Assembly: GCA_033764315.1 (NCBI GenBank)
Contig: JANRJA010000092.1
Span: 1 to 64,000 of the forward strand
Direction of reading: 5' to 3'
DNA from: Oculatellaceae cyanobacterium bins.114
Lineage (GTDB): Bacteria; Cyanobacteriota; Cyanobacteriia; Elainellales; Elainellaceae
DNA length: 64,000 nt
The notes under the pieces are model-generated. The model searched no databases and was not told where the DNA came from. It was given only the letters and a program-made list of their open reading frames with translations. The translations under genes were made by a program, and so were the position numbers. Of the stretch, positions 45,347 through 54,963 are shown one piece after another (the stretch's first letter is position 1; every line of letters begins with the position of its first letter).

Positions 45347-46144
45347 ATGCACCCCAATCAATGGGTTCAAATCACGACTGACCCTGACCACCATAACGGT
45401 TATTTTTTCAAGCGGATATCTACCTTAGGAATAGGTGCCATTGTCTGGTTACTGCTTGCGGCTCCGGCTCTGGCTCAAGGAGCACAAAGTTCATCCGGGT
45501 TCAATCCTCAAGATGTATTGCGGAATGCCTTGCAATGGATTGAAAGCCTGGGTATTGCGGGTGGTATCGCTTTCATTGCCATTTACATCTTGGCAACAAT
45601 CGCCTTCTTTCCTGGTTCAATTTTGACACTGGGGGCAGGAGCCGTTTTTGGAGTTGTGCTGGGAGCAATTTATGTTTTCATTGGAGCAACATTGGGGGCG
45701 ATCGCTGCCTTTCTCGTGGGTCGCTATATTGCACGGGGATGGGTTAACCGCAAAATTGCAGGCAACCCAAAGTTTGCAGCAATCGATAAAGCGGTTGCCC
45801 GTGAGGGGTTCAAAATTGTCTTATTGACTCGTCTTTCTCCGGTTTTTCCATTCAACTTGCTCAATTATGCATTTGGCATCACAGGCGTTTCGTTGAAAGA
45901 CTATACGCTGGGGGCGATCGGCATGATCCCCGCAACGGTGATGTATGTCTACATCGGTTCGCTGGCAGGCAATCTCGCTCGCATTGGCACTGCCAATCAA
46001 CCCACCAACTCCACGCTACAATGGGCGATTCGGATTGTGGGTTTTGTGGCAACCGTCGCTGTCACTCTCTATGTCACTCGGATTGCCCGCGGAGCACTGG
46101 CAGACACCGTTGACGAATCGAGCGATCGCCCATCAGTTAAATAA
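45347..46144 (+). CDS. TVP38/TMEM64 (DedA/VTT) membrane protein
   Basis: PGSILTLGAG, LLTRLSPVFPFNLLNY; start uncertain. Confidence 0.88.
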   Translation: MHPNQWVQITTDPDHHNGYFFKRISTLGIGAIVWLLLAAPALAQGAQSSSGFNPQDVLRNALQWIESLGIAGGIAFIAIYILATIAFFPGSILTLGAGAVFGVVLGAIYVFIGATLGAIAAFLVGRYIARGWVNRKIAGNPKFAAIDKAVAREGFKIVLLTRLSPVFPFNLLNYAFGITGVSLKDYTLGAIGMIPATVMYVYIGSLAGNLARIGTANQPTNSTLQWAIRIVGFVATVAVTLYVTRIARGALADTVDESSDRPSVK

Positions 46145-46158
46145 GCCAGCTACTTAGG

Positions 46159-46325
46159 TAACCTGAGTTCGGGATAAGGATTTTGGCGGTTGAAACCGCG
46201 GTTATACGAGCAGAACCAACCTGCCTCTGTTCAGTAAACCTTTAACTTTGCCAGTCCGCGAAGGCGGACTTCGCTCTGGTAGCCGCGAATTTATTCGCTA
46301 GGCTGCTTTAACCTAACTAACGTTA
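46159..46325. repeat. Host dispersed repeat with TAACCTGAGTTCGG...CCTAACTAACGTTA imperfect terminal IRs
   Basis: Imperfect IRs; internal GTCCGCGAAGGCGGAC hairpin resembling the ~10905 and ~45090 copies. Confidence 0.7.
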
Positions 46326-46394
46326 GGTACTGTAGATTTTGATATGGGCAGTACTGGACTCGAACCAGTGACATCCTGCTTGTAAGGCAGGCGC
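46302..46394 (-). repeat. att direct repeat (displaced tRNA-Val 3' part plus 43-bp flank)
   Basis: 90/93 identical to 63195-63287. Confidence 0.95.
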
Positions 46395-46485
46395 ATCCCT
46401 ATTCTAAAAGGCTCTGGAGTGCCTATAAAAGCGTATTCCATCCTGTAGGGGTCTATGCTCTGGACTAAACTCTGGACTGGTTACG

Positions 46486-47112
46486 ATGGCTTGTCTGACC
46501 CCTGATCCAACAGACAGGACGATGAAGAAAATAAGAGTCAAAGTCAGTATGACCCCAGAAATTAAAAGGGCACTAGAGGAAGTTTCGGATTATTTAGGAT
46601 TACCTTTGTCCCAACTGCTGTTAGACTCTGCAATTGATCGTTGGCTACACAAACGCCCCCCTATCACTAAAGATCTAGGGCTATTATGCGATCGGCTTAG
46701 GTCGCTAGAGTCAATCCTAAATAAGCTAGACCAGCCCCAAACCTCTAAACCTCAACCCATCTGCAAGCCTAAGAGATCCGCTCTAGACCCCCTCAACCCT
46801 GTACTGCCTAATCAGTCTCTCTCTGCGCTCACAACGATTGACCAAGCCCTTACAAATGGCAAGCCTTTACACATTGACAACCTTGTGAGCAGGTTTCGAG
46901 GTGACAAGGTCATGAAAGCTCGGTTAAGTCAGTTGGGTGGAAGGGATGGAAAGCTGTTTGAGGGCAGTCTAAGCCACGCCCAAAAGGTTGAGGAGGTTAC
47001 AGTCCGACTAGACCCAGAAGGGTTGTCTTGGATGCCAGTGGACAAAGATCGGCTTTACTGGAAACAGATGATGGCTAACGAGTTTTGTAAGGCTGTATTA
47101 ACTAAATCCTAA
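46486..47112 (+). CDS. Hypothetical protein, possible N-terminal ribbon-helix-helix
   Basis: RVKVSMTPEIKRALEEVSDYLGLPLSQLL pattern. Confidence 0.55.
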   Translation: MACLTPDPTDRTMKKIRVKVSMTPEIKRALEEVSDYLGLPLSQLLLDSAIDRWLHKRPPITKDLGLLCDRLRSLESILNKLDQPQTSKPQPICKPKRSALDPLNPVLPNQSLSALTTIDQALTNGKPLHIDNLVSRFRGDKVMKARLSQLGGRDGKLFEGSLSHAQKVEEVTVRLDPEGLSWMPVDKDRLYWKQMMANEFCKAVLTKS

Positions 47113-47619
47113 AGGTCATCAACTTTTTAGGAGGATGCGATTGCGTCAATTTAGGATAATATTTCGGTGGATGTGCACCCTGACCATCGGCAATGAAGCC
47201 ATGAACTGTCACACTGAGATGAAAATGCAAACCACTCACTGACGATCGCTTCAGTCCTATTTAGTCCAGTGCTAGTCCAGAGGTATTAACACTAATCCTA
47301 GAAACTAATCTCAGCAATGATTAGAAACTCATTGATTATTTGCACATCAGGCAGTTAGTCAAGCCAAAAATGGCTGAAACCATTGAAATCTCGTTATTGT
47401 GCCAGTTTGGGCATTAGTCCAGAGTCCTGAGAGCAGTCTTATTGGATTAAACGTCTAGACTGTTCAGTCTAGTTTGCGATCGCAAATCCCTACACACTTC
47501 AGATTATCTTCCTACATAAGATTTTTACCAAACTAAGCACGATATCTCCGGGATTCTACTAGGAATTTTGTAGGATGCTTCAGATTGTTGCAACCCAGTA
47601 ACTCAAGTGAGTCGGAAAT

Positions 47620-48273
47620 ATGGCGAAAGAAGAATACAGGCAACTGATTAAAGCTAAAGGGCACTTACCCACTGGTATTTTGGGTCAAGACTTTCCCGTA
47701 GACTTCATCGTCAAGTTTTTAGAGGACAATTTAGCCCTTGGCGAGTCTTTGCTCGATGTAGTAGGGGTTAGGTTTCAGGGAAAAAATACATTTTTAGTTC
47801 TAACATCCAAAAGGCTTATCTGCGTTTCTATAAAACCACACACTATTCTTGGGAAAAACTTTGAACTACCGCTGACCTTAAATTACAACCAAATAGAGAA
47901 AATTTTTATCGCACCAAAAAGCGGAGTTCTTGTAAAAGGAAAAAGCACTGAGTTTAGTATGTATTTTGTCCAACTCAAGGAAGTGCAAAACTTTTCAGAG
48001 CCACTTGAAAAATTAGGGATTAAAGTTGAAACACTCACTGCCATTCCTTCAGACAAGCATGAGAAAAGAATAATGCTTCAGGGGACTGCTGTGGTCATAA
48101 TCATAGTAGTTCTATTTGGTAGTTGCATTTATAGATCAATCACCAGTCCTGAACCTGTCAACCCTGGCGCAAGCTCAGAGGAGATTGAAGCGTGTTTAAG
48201 GCGATATATTCAGGGTAGTACCGTAGAACCTCATGAAATCGAAGAAGGACGTAGAAGGTGTGCCCCTCGTTAG
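47620..48273 (+). CDS. Bacterial PH-like domain membrane protein (cargo)
   Basis: LVLTSKRLI PH-like strand; C-terminal TM. Confidence 0.55.
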   Translation: MAKEEYRQLIKAKGHLPTGILGQDFPVDFIVKFLEDNLALGESLLDVVGVRFQGKNTFLVLTSKRLICVSIKPHTILGKNFELPLTLNYNQIEKIFIAPKSGVLVKGKSTEFSMYFVQLKEVQNFSEPLEKLGIKVETLTAIPSDKHEKRIMLQGTAVVIIIVVLFGSCIYRSITSPEPVNPGASSEEIEACLRRYIQGSTVEPHEIEEGRRRCAPR

Positions 48274-48358
48274 CTTTTAGGGTTGAAATTACAAAATTCT
48301 TTTATCCCTAGATTATTAGTTTGCGTCAGTTTCCTTGCTAACCTCCAAAGCAGCAAAA

Positions 48359-48386
48359 AGGGTGTCTTTACTAGTAAAGACACCCT
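48359..48386. terminator. Perfect 28-bp palindrome between convergent genes
   Basis: AGGGTGTCTTTACTAGTAAAGACACCCT. Confidence 0.6.
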
Positions 48387-48416
48387 CTGATGATTAGAGT
48401 CACTAGTTAGCCAGCT

Positions 48417-48776
48417 TTAGCAGTTCTCAATTAAAAACCAGTTCAGTACTGCGCTTTGCTGATCTTCGGAAACGAAGCTAATCAATCCCTTCAATGCTAA
48501 GACTTCAGCGGCTTCAATATCCTGTTCTCCAAATGTGATTAAAGAGAACTTGTCGTAGCCAGATCCAGGATCAACCATAAAGCCCTCGCAAGACACTGTA
48601 AGCAACCCATTCAAAAGTTCATGCCCTTCTAGGGAGAGGTTAAAGCGATCGCAGATTCCCTGAGCTAGCTTATTGACATAAAGCTGCATCATTTTTCCAC
48701 GTTCCTGTCTCAACTTCACAGTAAAGTGACTGGGGTGTTGACAACAGGCTTCAGATTTAGAATTATTTCGAGACAT
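48417..48776 (-). CDS. Hypothetical protein
   Basis: 119-aa ORF, co-oriented with two upstream ORFs. Confidence 0.55.
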   Translation of the reverse strand: MSRNNSKSEACCQHPSHFTVKLRQERGKMMQLYVNKLAQGICDRFNLSLEGHELLNGLLTVSCEGFMVDPGSGYDKFSLITFGEQDIEAAEVLALKGLISFVSEDQQSAVLNWFLIENC

Positions 48777-48793
48777 ACTTGGTAATCCTTGAT

Positions 48794-49114
48794 TTAAGCG
48801 GCAATTACTTCTTGTAACTTAGCGGACTTTTTACGCGCCTCAACATATCGCCATGTACCGCTTGGGAAGTGAAGATTGAGGATGTTCAGGACAACGGCAA
48901 AGCCACCGTTACCAGGACAAAGCAGGTCAATCACCAGACCTTCACCAGTGATCCGGTTCTCAATAATCACCAGTAGTTCGCAGTACCCATAGGCGTATCG
49001 CTGGGTTTGATCAGCAATGAGATTGAAGCCGTTGATTTCAACTGTGCGATCGCCTTTGAAAATAGTCTTTTCAGCAGGTATCACGGGCTTTTTGAGAGCA
49101 ATTTGAGTGGTCAT
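48794..49114 (-). CDS. Hypothetical protein
   Basis: 106-aa ORF with GGAG upstream. Confidence 0.65.
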   Translation of the reverse strand: MTTQIALKKPVIPAEKTIFKGDRTVEINGFNLIADQTQRYAYGYCELLVIIENRITGEGLVIDLLCPGNGGFAVVLNILNLHFPSGTWRYVEARKKSAKLQEVIAA

Positions 49115-49178
49115 CGGGTAAACTCCAGATAGGTCATTAATTTGGTCTGGGGAGGTGTTACAGCACCTCCCTTTTTCA

Positions 49179-49400
49179 TCACTCAGTCAAGTAGGGACGG
49201 TCTGAAACGAATTGTTTATATTCCTTCCAGAATTGATCCCAATCTTTGGGAATCTCGGACTGATCACCGTTGTCGGTAATCTTTACCCCTGTCATTTCTT
49301 CGAGTTGAGCAATTACCGCGTCAACCTCTGCATCTAGGGAGTCGAAGTCAGTAGGGAAATCCTCAACCTCCACAAACCCGTCAGGAATCAAGTAATCCAT
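49179..49400 (-). CDS. Small acidic hypothetical protein
   Basis: 73-aa ORF with AGGAGG RBS upstream. Confidence 0.65.
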   Translation of the reverse strand: MDYLIPDGFVEVEDFPTDFDSLDAEVDAVIAQLEEMTGVKITDNGDQSEIPKDWDQFWKEYKQFVSDRPYLTE

Positions 49401-49520
49401 CGGTCAAACCTCCTTTGCTAAACGGTTTCATTGAATTTGGGCTTTGTCCTCAGTCGCAGATCCCAACCTGCCGGGGAACCCTTTTAGTGGGTAGGTGCAA
49501 CCCTCGTGTCTTAATAGTAA

Positions 49521-49634
49521 TCCCGGTATACCGGGAATGACAAGAGTTTTTATATTAGTATTTCCCGGTATACCGGGAAACTTGCATAAACAGAACTCAT
49601 TAATTGAATTACTGTAATCCCTGGTATACCGGGA
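49521..49634. promoter_or_regulatory. Three palindromic operator-like sites TCCCGGTATACCGGGA in a divergent promoter
   Basis: Copies at 49521-49536, 49563-49578 and 49619-49634 (2 mismatches); TATAAT next to the third. Confidence 0.8.
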
Positions 49635-49666
49635 TATAATTAGACTGATTACAACGTGACATATAC

Positions 49667-49903
49667 TTGAGGAGAAAACCTATTGTGCTGACAGTGGCGA
49701 ATCAAGATCCCGTACTCTCTGACGAGTTCAAAAAAGCTCAAATCCCCAAGGATCAGCGGTTTGAGCTATCAAAAAAGCCGTATTGTTTGAAGCTTCCGAT
49801 CAACATTGATCAATGGTTGCGATCGCATCCCAACGGTGTAGAGATTGCCAGGAATGCCCTCATTCAGGCAGTTAACGAGCATCAACAATCTGGTGAAGAG
49901 TGA
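49667..49903 (+). CDS. Small putative DNA-binding (RHH-like) regulator
   Basis: KPYCLKLPINIDQWLRS...IARNAL pattern; next to the operators. Confidence 0.55.
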   Translation: MRRKPIVLTVANQDPVLSDEFKKAQIPKDQRFELSKKPYCLKLPINIDQWLRSHPNGVEIARNALIQAVNEHQQSGEE

Positions 49904-49912
49904 GGCAACGCC

Positions 49913-50161
49913 ATGAGTAAACCGTCCCTGACCCAATTGGTTGATGTTTTCTGTAGGACTGAGGAGGATGATTTTGACTTAGCCTACAGTTCAATTCGAG
50001 AACTTCTTTCACGGCACTCAGCAGCAGTAATTCTAAAAACTGTCGCATCTGCACTGTTAGATGAATTACAAGAGGAAACAACCCTTGCAAACAAAGATGA
50101 TTTGTCTATGTACGGTAATGCTTTAGATGATCTGGTAGAACGACTGTATAAAGGTTCGTAA
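49913..50161 (+). CDS. Small acidic hypothetical protein
   Basis: 82-aa ORF directly downstream, GAGG RBS. Confidence 0.6.
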   Translation: MSKPSLTQLVDVFCRTEEDDFDLAYSSIRELLSRHSAAVILKTVASALLDELQEETTLANKDDLSMYGNALDDLVERLYKGS

Positions 50162-50243
50162 CTCTTGACCCTCTGTTACCCATAAAACAACCCTCAGAGT
50201 AATCACCACACTGAGGGTTTTCGCTTGTTATAGGGCAGTTCCA

Positions 50244-51491
50244 TCACTTGCAACTTGAACCATCAAACCCTTTGAAGTCGAGGTAATTTATGGGATTCTC
50301 AGGCGTTCCATTGCGGTGAATTTCCAGGTGGAGGTGTGAGCCTGTTGAGAGTCCAGTAGTTCCCATTAGGGCGATAACTTGACCCTGAGAAACGCGATCG
50401 CCCTGCTTCACCATTAGTTGCTGACTGTGGGCGTAAAGGCTTTCCAGTCCATCACCGTGGTCAATCACAACCTTATACCCAAAACCATCACCAGCATCAC
50501 CAGCCGTCACCACAGTGCCAGATGCGATCGCCCTGATTGGGGTTCCTGTTGCTCCTGATAGGTCAATCCCTAAATGAGGTCTTACCACCTTAAGAACCGG
50601 ATGCAAGCGATCAGGGTCAAAGCAGGATGAAACAGTAGCCTCGTTGGGTGAGAGTGGTAGAGCAAGCGTGGTAGTCGTTGCACCTCTGGCAGAGAGAACA
50701 GAGGCGATCGCCTTCATCCGTCTGCTCTGGTCGTGCTCAATCGTCACACCTACAGCAGCAAGACCAGGGGCATCGCCTTCAAAACTTGCGATTCTGGCAC
50801 ATAGGATTAAGTCATCCCCAACCTTGCCTGAGTCTTGGCATCGCTTAAGGTACTCAGCAAAGCTTGCTCCGGCACGTGGGCTTTGATTGGTTAAGTCTGC
50901 CAAGTTGAGAATAGTGGCTGTATCGGGTGTGATGCCTAACTGCTCCAACTCCAACAACTCAGGCTCAATTTGGCTTTTGAGTCGTCGGATCTGCACCTTA
51001 TCGGCTTCCTGTGGTGAGGATGCACCATGAATGTAACTGAACGTCCCCAGGTTTAGATAACCGCTGTCATAGTGCCCATTAAATGCGGATGTAGTCCCTC
51101 CATCAGCGGTTCTCGTTCCTTCTGAAACACCAATGGCGATCGCTGCTAGGGAATCAGAGCCACCATCAAAGTGAGACTCCCATGAAACATTCTCAGTCGT
51201 GGCACCATCGCAAATCTCAAAGGGCATAGCCGCTCTACCCCAAGCAGGCAGGAGAGAGCAGCTATTATTCACGATCCAATCGAGTGAGGCTACTGTGAAA
51301 CAAGTAGTCGCACAGACAAAGCAAAGGATCGCATCATTCCACAAAGCCTGCCAGGTCACAGCATCTTCTACAGCGCCGACCTGCTTGCTGATCCGCTTGT
51401 TGGACTTGGCGATCGCTCCCTGTTGCCGTTCGATTCGTTCGAGTCGGTCTGAGATGGTGTTGAGTTGTTTGGCAATGTCGGTGGATTCCAT
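50244..51491 (-). CDS. Membrane-anchored M23 peptidase with central lysozyme-like domain
   Basis: HLGID, YAH, STGSHLHLEI (M23 HxxxD/HxH); N-terminal coiled coil + TM; central SEGT...NLGTFSY. Confidence 0.85.
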   Translation of the reverse strand: MESTDIAKQLNTISDRLERIERQQGAIAKSNKRISKQVGAVEDAVTWQALWNDAILCFVCATTCFTVASLDWIVNNSCSLLPAWGRAAMPFEICDGATTENVSWESHFDGGSDSLAAIAIGVSEGTRTADGGTTSAFNGHYDSGYLNLGTFSYIHGASSPQEADKVQIRRLKSQIEPELLELEQLGITPDTATILNLADLTNQSPRAGASFAEYLKRCQDSGKVGDDLILCARIASFEGDAPGLAAVGVTIEHDQSRRMKAIASVLSARGATTTTLALPLSPNEATVSSCFDPDRLHPVLKVVRPHLGIDLSGATGTPIRAIASGTVVTAGDAGDGFGYKVVIDHGDGLESLYAHSQQLMVKQGDRVSQGQVIALMGTTGLSTGSHLHLEIHRNGTPENPINYLDFKGFDGSSCK

Positions 51492-51583
51492 CGTTCTACC
51501 TGATCGGGTAATGCTACGCGAATGACAACGAAAACAGTCAGCCCTAAGAGGGTCAATCTCAAGCTGTTAATCAATGCCGTCAT
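51368..51583 (-). CDS. Small single-TM protein
   Basis: N-terminal TM and Ser-rich tail; ATGA-coupled to upstream gene; overlaps the M23 start. Confidence 0.45.
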   Translation of the reverse strand: MTALINSLRLTLLGLTVFVVIRVALPDQVERWNPPTLPNNSTPSQTDSNESNGNRERSPSPTSGSASRSAL

Positions 51584-51798
51584 AGGTCATTCCCTCCCTG
51601 ATCAGAAGGCGTCGGATCTGCATCCTGACGTGTTTCTGGCGATTCCCATGAAGCAGGCTGACGCGTGATAATCTCTTGCACAGTTCCAACAACGTTCAGC
51701 ACAATCCCGTTAATGTTGATAGAGCCATCAGCTAGACACCGCAATAGAACAGGGATACCGACGATTACAATCGCGATCGCACCGATTAGATTTTTCAT
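51580..51798 (-). CDS. Small membrane protein
   Basis: N-terminal hydrophobic helix; GGAG upstream. Confidence 0.6.
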   Translation of the reverse strand: MKNLIGAIAIVIVGIPVLLRCLADGSININGIVLNVVGTVQEIITRQPASWESPETRQDADPTPSDQGGNDL

Positions 51799-51856
51799 TT
51801 TTTGAGTTCTCCAGAGTCAGTTTCAGTAACCAAAAATTGCCGCAAAAAGTCGTCGC

Positions 51857-53302
51857 CTAAGCCGTCTCAGGGTAGACAAAAGGGTTTTCAAACGATTCTT
51901 CAAACCCAGTCGTATCAGTTGCCGTAGCCATTCCCTCTGTCTCCCCTCGTCTCCCATCGCCCAATTTCACCGAATTTTCAGGGTTAGGAACCCCTGATCC
52001 AAGGGCTTCAATTTTTGACTTGAACAACAGGTATTTTTGGTTAGTAGCCTTCATCTCTTTTCGGCTTTGACCTGCCACTGTTACCCAAAACTCAGTAATG
52101 GCGATCGCCTGTTTCCCCTCGCTGACACGCTCCAACATCCGCTTGAGAATCTTGGCTTCAAGTTCAGACGTCCAGAGTTGGTTAAACCACTCCTGATCGG
52201 GATCTGTAACCGCTTCATCTGCCTCATCAACAAACTCAACTTGTTCAATATGGAGGGCTGGCAGTGCCTTGACTGAAAGAGCCTTATCAGTGAACACAAC
52301 GCACGGTCTAAGGTCTTTAACGACCTTGGGCACGTTGCCCATCTGCCTGATCACCTCATCCACTTGGTTTGTGTCGAGGTTGTCATAGTTGCGTTTGCTC
52401 TGGGATGCGCGATACAAGAGCAGCACTTCGAGCAGTTTGAGCAAGGCTCTAGGGATGCCAGAGCTGCCAACACTCAAGTCATGTAAGCCAAGTAGGAAGG
52501 TGACATTACCTTGCTTGATACCCCTGTTGCAGATGTTTCTAAGTGACTTAATGATTTCCTCTAAAGCCTTCTCCTCAAGAGAGTCTTTGAAGCTGATCCA
52601 CTCATCAACCAAAAGCAGGATGGGCTTAAACTGCGGTTTGGATCTGCCCTGTTTGATGGCATCGGCTGTTTTTCTGGCACGGGTCGCAACCTCACCAGCA
52701 ACCATATGGATCACAGCCTCGATGTCGGTCATCTCAATGAAAACGACCTTTCCCACTGGCAGGTTAAACCAGGTGTTTGGATCAGCGCCCTCGTGAGATG
52801 AACCGTAATCCGGGTCAGCGATGTAAATTTCCGCATCCGGATGCTGTTGCAGAAACCGTTGCACTCTCCACAAAAGCAGATGAGTCTTACCATCCTTGCT
52901 CTCACCGCAGACAATAGCCGATCGCTTCTCAAAGCCCTTAAACCAGTCAGTTTCTAGACCTTGTTTGGCGATGAACTGATCCGCTAACTTTTCACCCATT
53001 GGCATCTGTTTCAGGGCACTAATCACCAGGCGTTGCTTGCCTTGGGCGATCGCTTGACTGGCAGGTAAAGCAACCTCATTCAGATCACCGATCGCCTCTT
53101 GCAAATATTGGGATGAACCCCTGAAGACATCGACATATTCAAGTTTGCGACGGCTTCTAAGAGCCTCACCCACACCCCACATACTGAATCCGCCTAACCA
53201 GTGATAGGCACTGCTAGCGGTCACACACATCGTGAAGCTGGCAGCGAATAGACTACCAATCACCAGCTTTTCAGCGTTGCTGACACCGTTAGTAGTCTGC
53301 AT
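51857..53302 (-). CDS. Membrane-anchored FtsK/HerA-superfamily P-loop ATPase (putative DNA translocase or coupling protein)
   Basis: N-terminal TM; Walker A GESKDGKT, IYIADP, Walker B LLLVDE, RGIKQGNVTFLLG. Confidence 0.75.
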   Translation of the reverse strand: MQTTNGVSNAEKLVIGSLFAASFTMCVTASSAYHWLGGFSMWGVGEALRSRRKLEYVDVFRGSSQYLQEAIGDLNEVALPASQAIAQGKQRLVISALKQMPMGEKLADQFIAKQGLETDWFKGFEKRSAIVCGESKDGKTHLLLWRVQRFLQQHPDAEIYIADPDYGSSHEGADPNTWFNLPVGKVVFIEMTDIEAVIHMVAGEVATRARKTADAIKQGRSKPQFKPILLLVDEWISFKDSLEEKALEEIIKSLRNICNRGIKQGNVTFLLGLHDLSVGSSGIPRALLKLLEVLLLYRASQSKRNYDNLDTNQVDEVIRQMGNVPKVVKDLRPCVVFTDKALSVKALPALHIEQVEFVDEADEAVTDPDQEWFNQLWTSELEAKILKRMLERVSEGKQAIAITEFWVTVAGQSRKEMKATNQKYLLFKSKIEALGSGVPNPENSVKLGDGRRGETEGMATATDTTGFEESFENPFVYPETA

Positions 53303-53798
53303 TGCCTAAGACCTCCTCAAAAGCTTGGATGAGTGCTGATGGGTTAACCGTGGTTTGGTCGGATGCAACACCACCATTGACAACCCAGTGGTAGGCAACG
53401 AGACATGCTGACAGTTCAGCAGTCCGGTTGAGCAATTCACCATACTGGACGGCTTCACCCGTCACAGTGCCGTATTGCTGTCTTAGCGAGGCGATGTCAC
53501 CAGCAACATCGCGGCAAAGTTTGTCAGTCCATGCGATCGCGTCACCCGATTCTTGAGCCTTGGTGAATAGCTCGACGGCACGAGCATTAATCACCGATCG
53601 GATCGATTGCGAGTAGATATCTCTTGCCAGTTGTAGATAGGGTGAATTGGCTGAAACAGCGTCACCACTTGAAGGCGACGTTCCAGGGTTGCTTATGGCG
53701 ATTGCTGGCTCTTGCCTTGAGGGAGGTGCCGATAGACCCCTGACAATCAGGACAGTCACCAGGGCAACGACAGGAACAGAAATGAACTTGCTAATCAT
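53289..53798 (-). CDS. Single-TM/secreted protein
   Basis: N-terminal hydrophobic helix; overlaps both neighbours. Confidence 0.7.
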   Translation of the reverse strand: MISKFISVPVVALVTVLIVRGLSAPPSRQEPAIAISNPGTSPSSGDAVSANSPYLQLARDIYSQSIRSVINARAVELFTKAQESGDAIAWTDKLCRDVAGDIASLRQQYGTVTGEAVQYGELLNRTAELSACLVAYHWVVNGGVASDQTTVNPSALIQAFEEVLGNADY

Positions 53799-54156
53799 GG
53801 TGTTTCACCTCTTCCATGAGTCGTGACCACATTTCAAGCTCTTGCTCACTGAGGAGAGGTTGAGACAGCTTGCTACGGGCAATACGACGCAATGCAGCGC
53901 GATCGCTTTGGTCAGGTGCAATCACCACACTGAGAGCATAGAAAACCAATGTGGTAATGAGGATGGATGGCAGCAATGCCCACACATCACCTTGGAATCT
54001 TCCCCATTCCTCCAATGGCACCTCGTAATCAGCCGAAATTTTGTGGTAAAGGTCATTCAACCCGTACAGCATCCCCAGGATCACGCCTCCACTGGTGAGC
54101 GAGAATCCAAGGATGCTACCAGGCGTTAAGAGTCGATTGAATCGTTGATGGGTCAT
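53791..54156 (-). CDS. Two-TM membrane protein
   Basis: Two hydrophobic helices; ATGA overlap with upstream ORF. Confidence 0.7.
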   Translation of the reverse strand: MTHQRFNRLLTPGSILGFSLTSGGVILGMLYGLNDLYHKISADYEVPLEEWGRFQGDVWALLPSILITTLVFYALSVVIAPDQSDRAALRRIARSKLSQPLLSEQELEMWSRLMEEVKHHD

Positions 54157-54362
54157 GGCTTCATGCCTCCTTTGGTGGGCACAATTAGCCCACAAGCTTT
54201 AAGAGTCCTGATGGCAGTGGCGATCGCTGTCTTCGGTCTGTCAGTGAACTGCTGGATGCGTTCAGGTGTGGCTACTGCATCACAGGCATTAATCGCGGCA
54301 ATCGCACCCCAAACGTCTGTCTCTGCGTCCGTGAACGGTCGGATTTGATAGGCAGTTGGCAT
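54153..54362 (-). CDS. Small hypothetical protein (possible winged helix)
   Basis: 69 aa with GGAGG RBS; IRTLKACGLI. Confidence 0.55.
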   Translation of the reverse strand: MPTAYQIRPFTDAETDVWGAIAAINACDAVATPERIQQFTDRPKTAIATAIRTLKACGLIVPTKGGMKP

Positions 54363-54375
54363 TGTTCAACCCTCC

Positions 54376-54561
54376 TCAAACCAGAGCTAAGAAGTGAACG
54401 CAGAGATTCACCAGGTGTTGTTGTCCCTGGTTTGGTGCAATGCCAAAAATCCGCCATCGAGCGAGAGCAATGGCAGCGATCGCGGCTGCATCGATGGGGA
54501 TTCCTACAGAAGTAAAGCTTTGAAAGATTTCTCGTCGAAGTTGTTTGAAATCGGCATTCAT
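54376..54561 (-). CDS. Small hypothetical protein
   Basis: 61 aa with GGAG RBS, in operon. Confidence 0.5.
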   Translation of the reverse strand: MNADFKQLRREIFQSFTSVGIPIDAAAIAAIALARWRIFGIAPNQGQQHLVNLCVHFLALV

Positions 54562-54640
54562 AATGGTCGTATCTCCATTTTTGAAAGGGTGGGGATGGGC
54601 TACTGCTGAACTTGTCGAGGGTCACAGCAGTAGCTTTCGA

Positions 54641-54919
54641 TTACGCTGCATCGGATTGAAACGAGCGAATCCACTGCAAGATGCGATCGCGGTTGTTGTC
54701 GGTAATCTGCTCATCACCTTTGATAAGGTCTGCACAGCTTGCGATTCGATAGAGGCAGTCATCAGCGTCGTATTTGCCGCTGTTGAGGCGTTGAATCTGG
54801 GTTGTGATGTAGTCGCGATCGGAGCCTGAAAGACTTGTCAGGAGGTTTGGCGATACTTGAGCAGGTTTTAAGGTTGGATCGTGCTCCATTAGCCATTTAC
54901 GAAAGCTTTTGAGAATCAT
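54641..54919 (-). CDS. Small hypothetical protein
   Basis: 92 aa with AGGAG RBS, in operon. Confidence 0.6.
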   Translation of the reverse strand: MILKSFRKWLMEHDPTLKPAQVSPNLLTSLSGSDRDYITTQIQRLNSGKYDADDCLYRIASCADLIKGDEQITDNNRDRILQWIRSFQSDAA

Positions 54920-54963
54920 GTGTGGTGTCTCCTGTGGTGAATCCGTGGTGTTTTCGCTGCCGA

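Noticed and set aside
46345..46394. Second tRNA-Val gene
   Set aside because: Only the 3' 50 nt are present; the 5' acceptor strand and most of the D-arm are missing, so it is an att remnant
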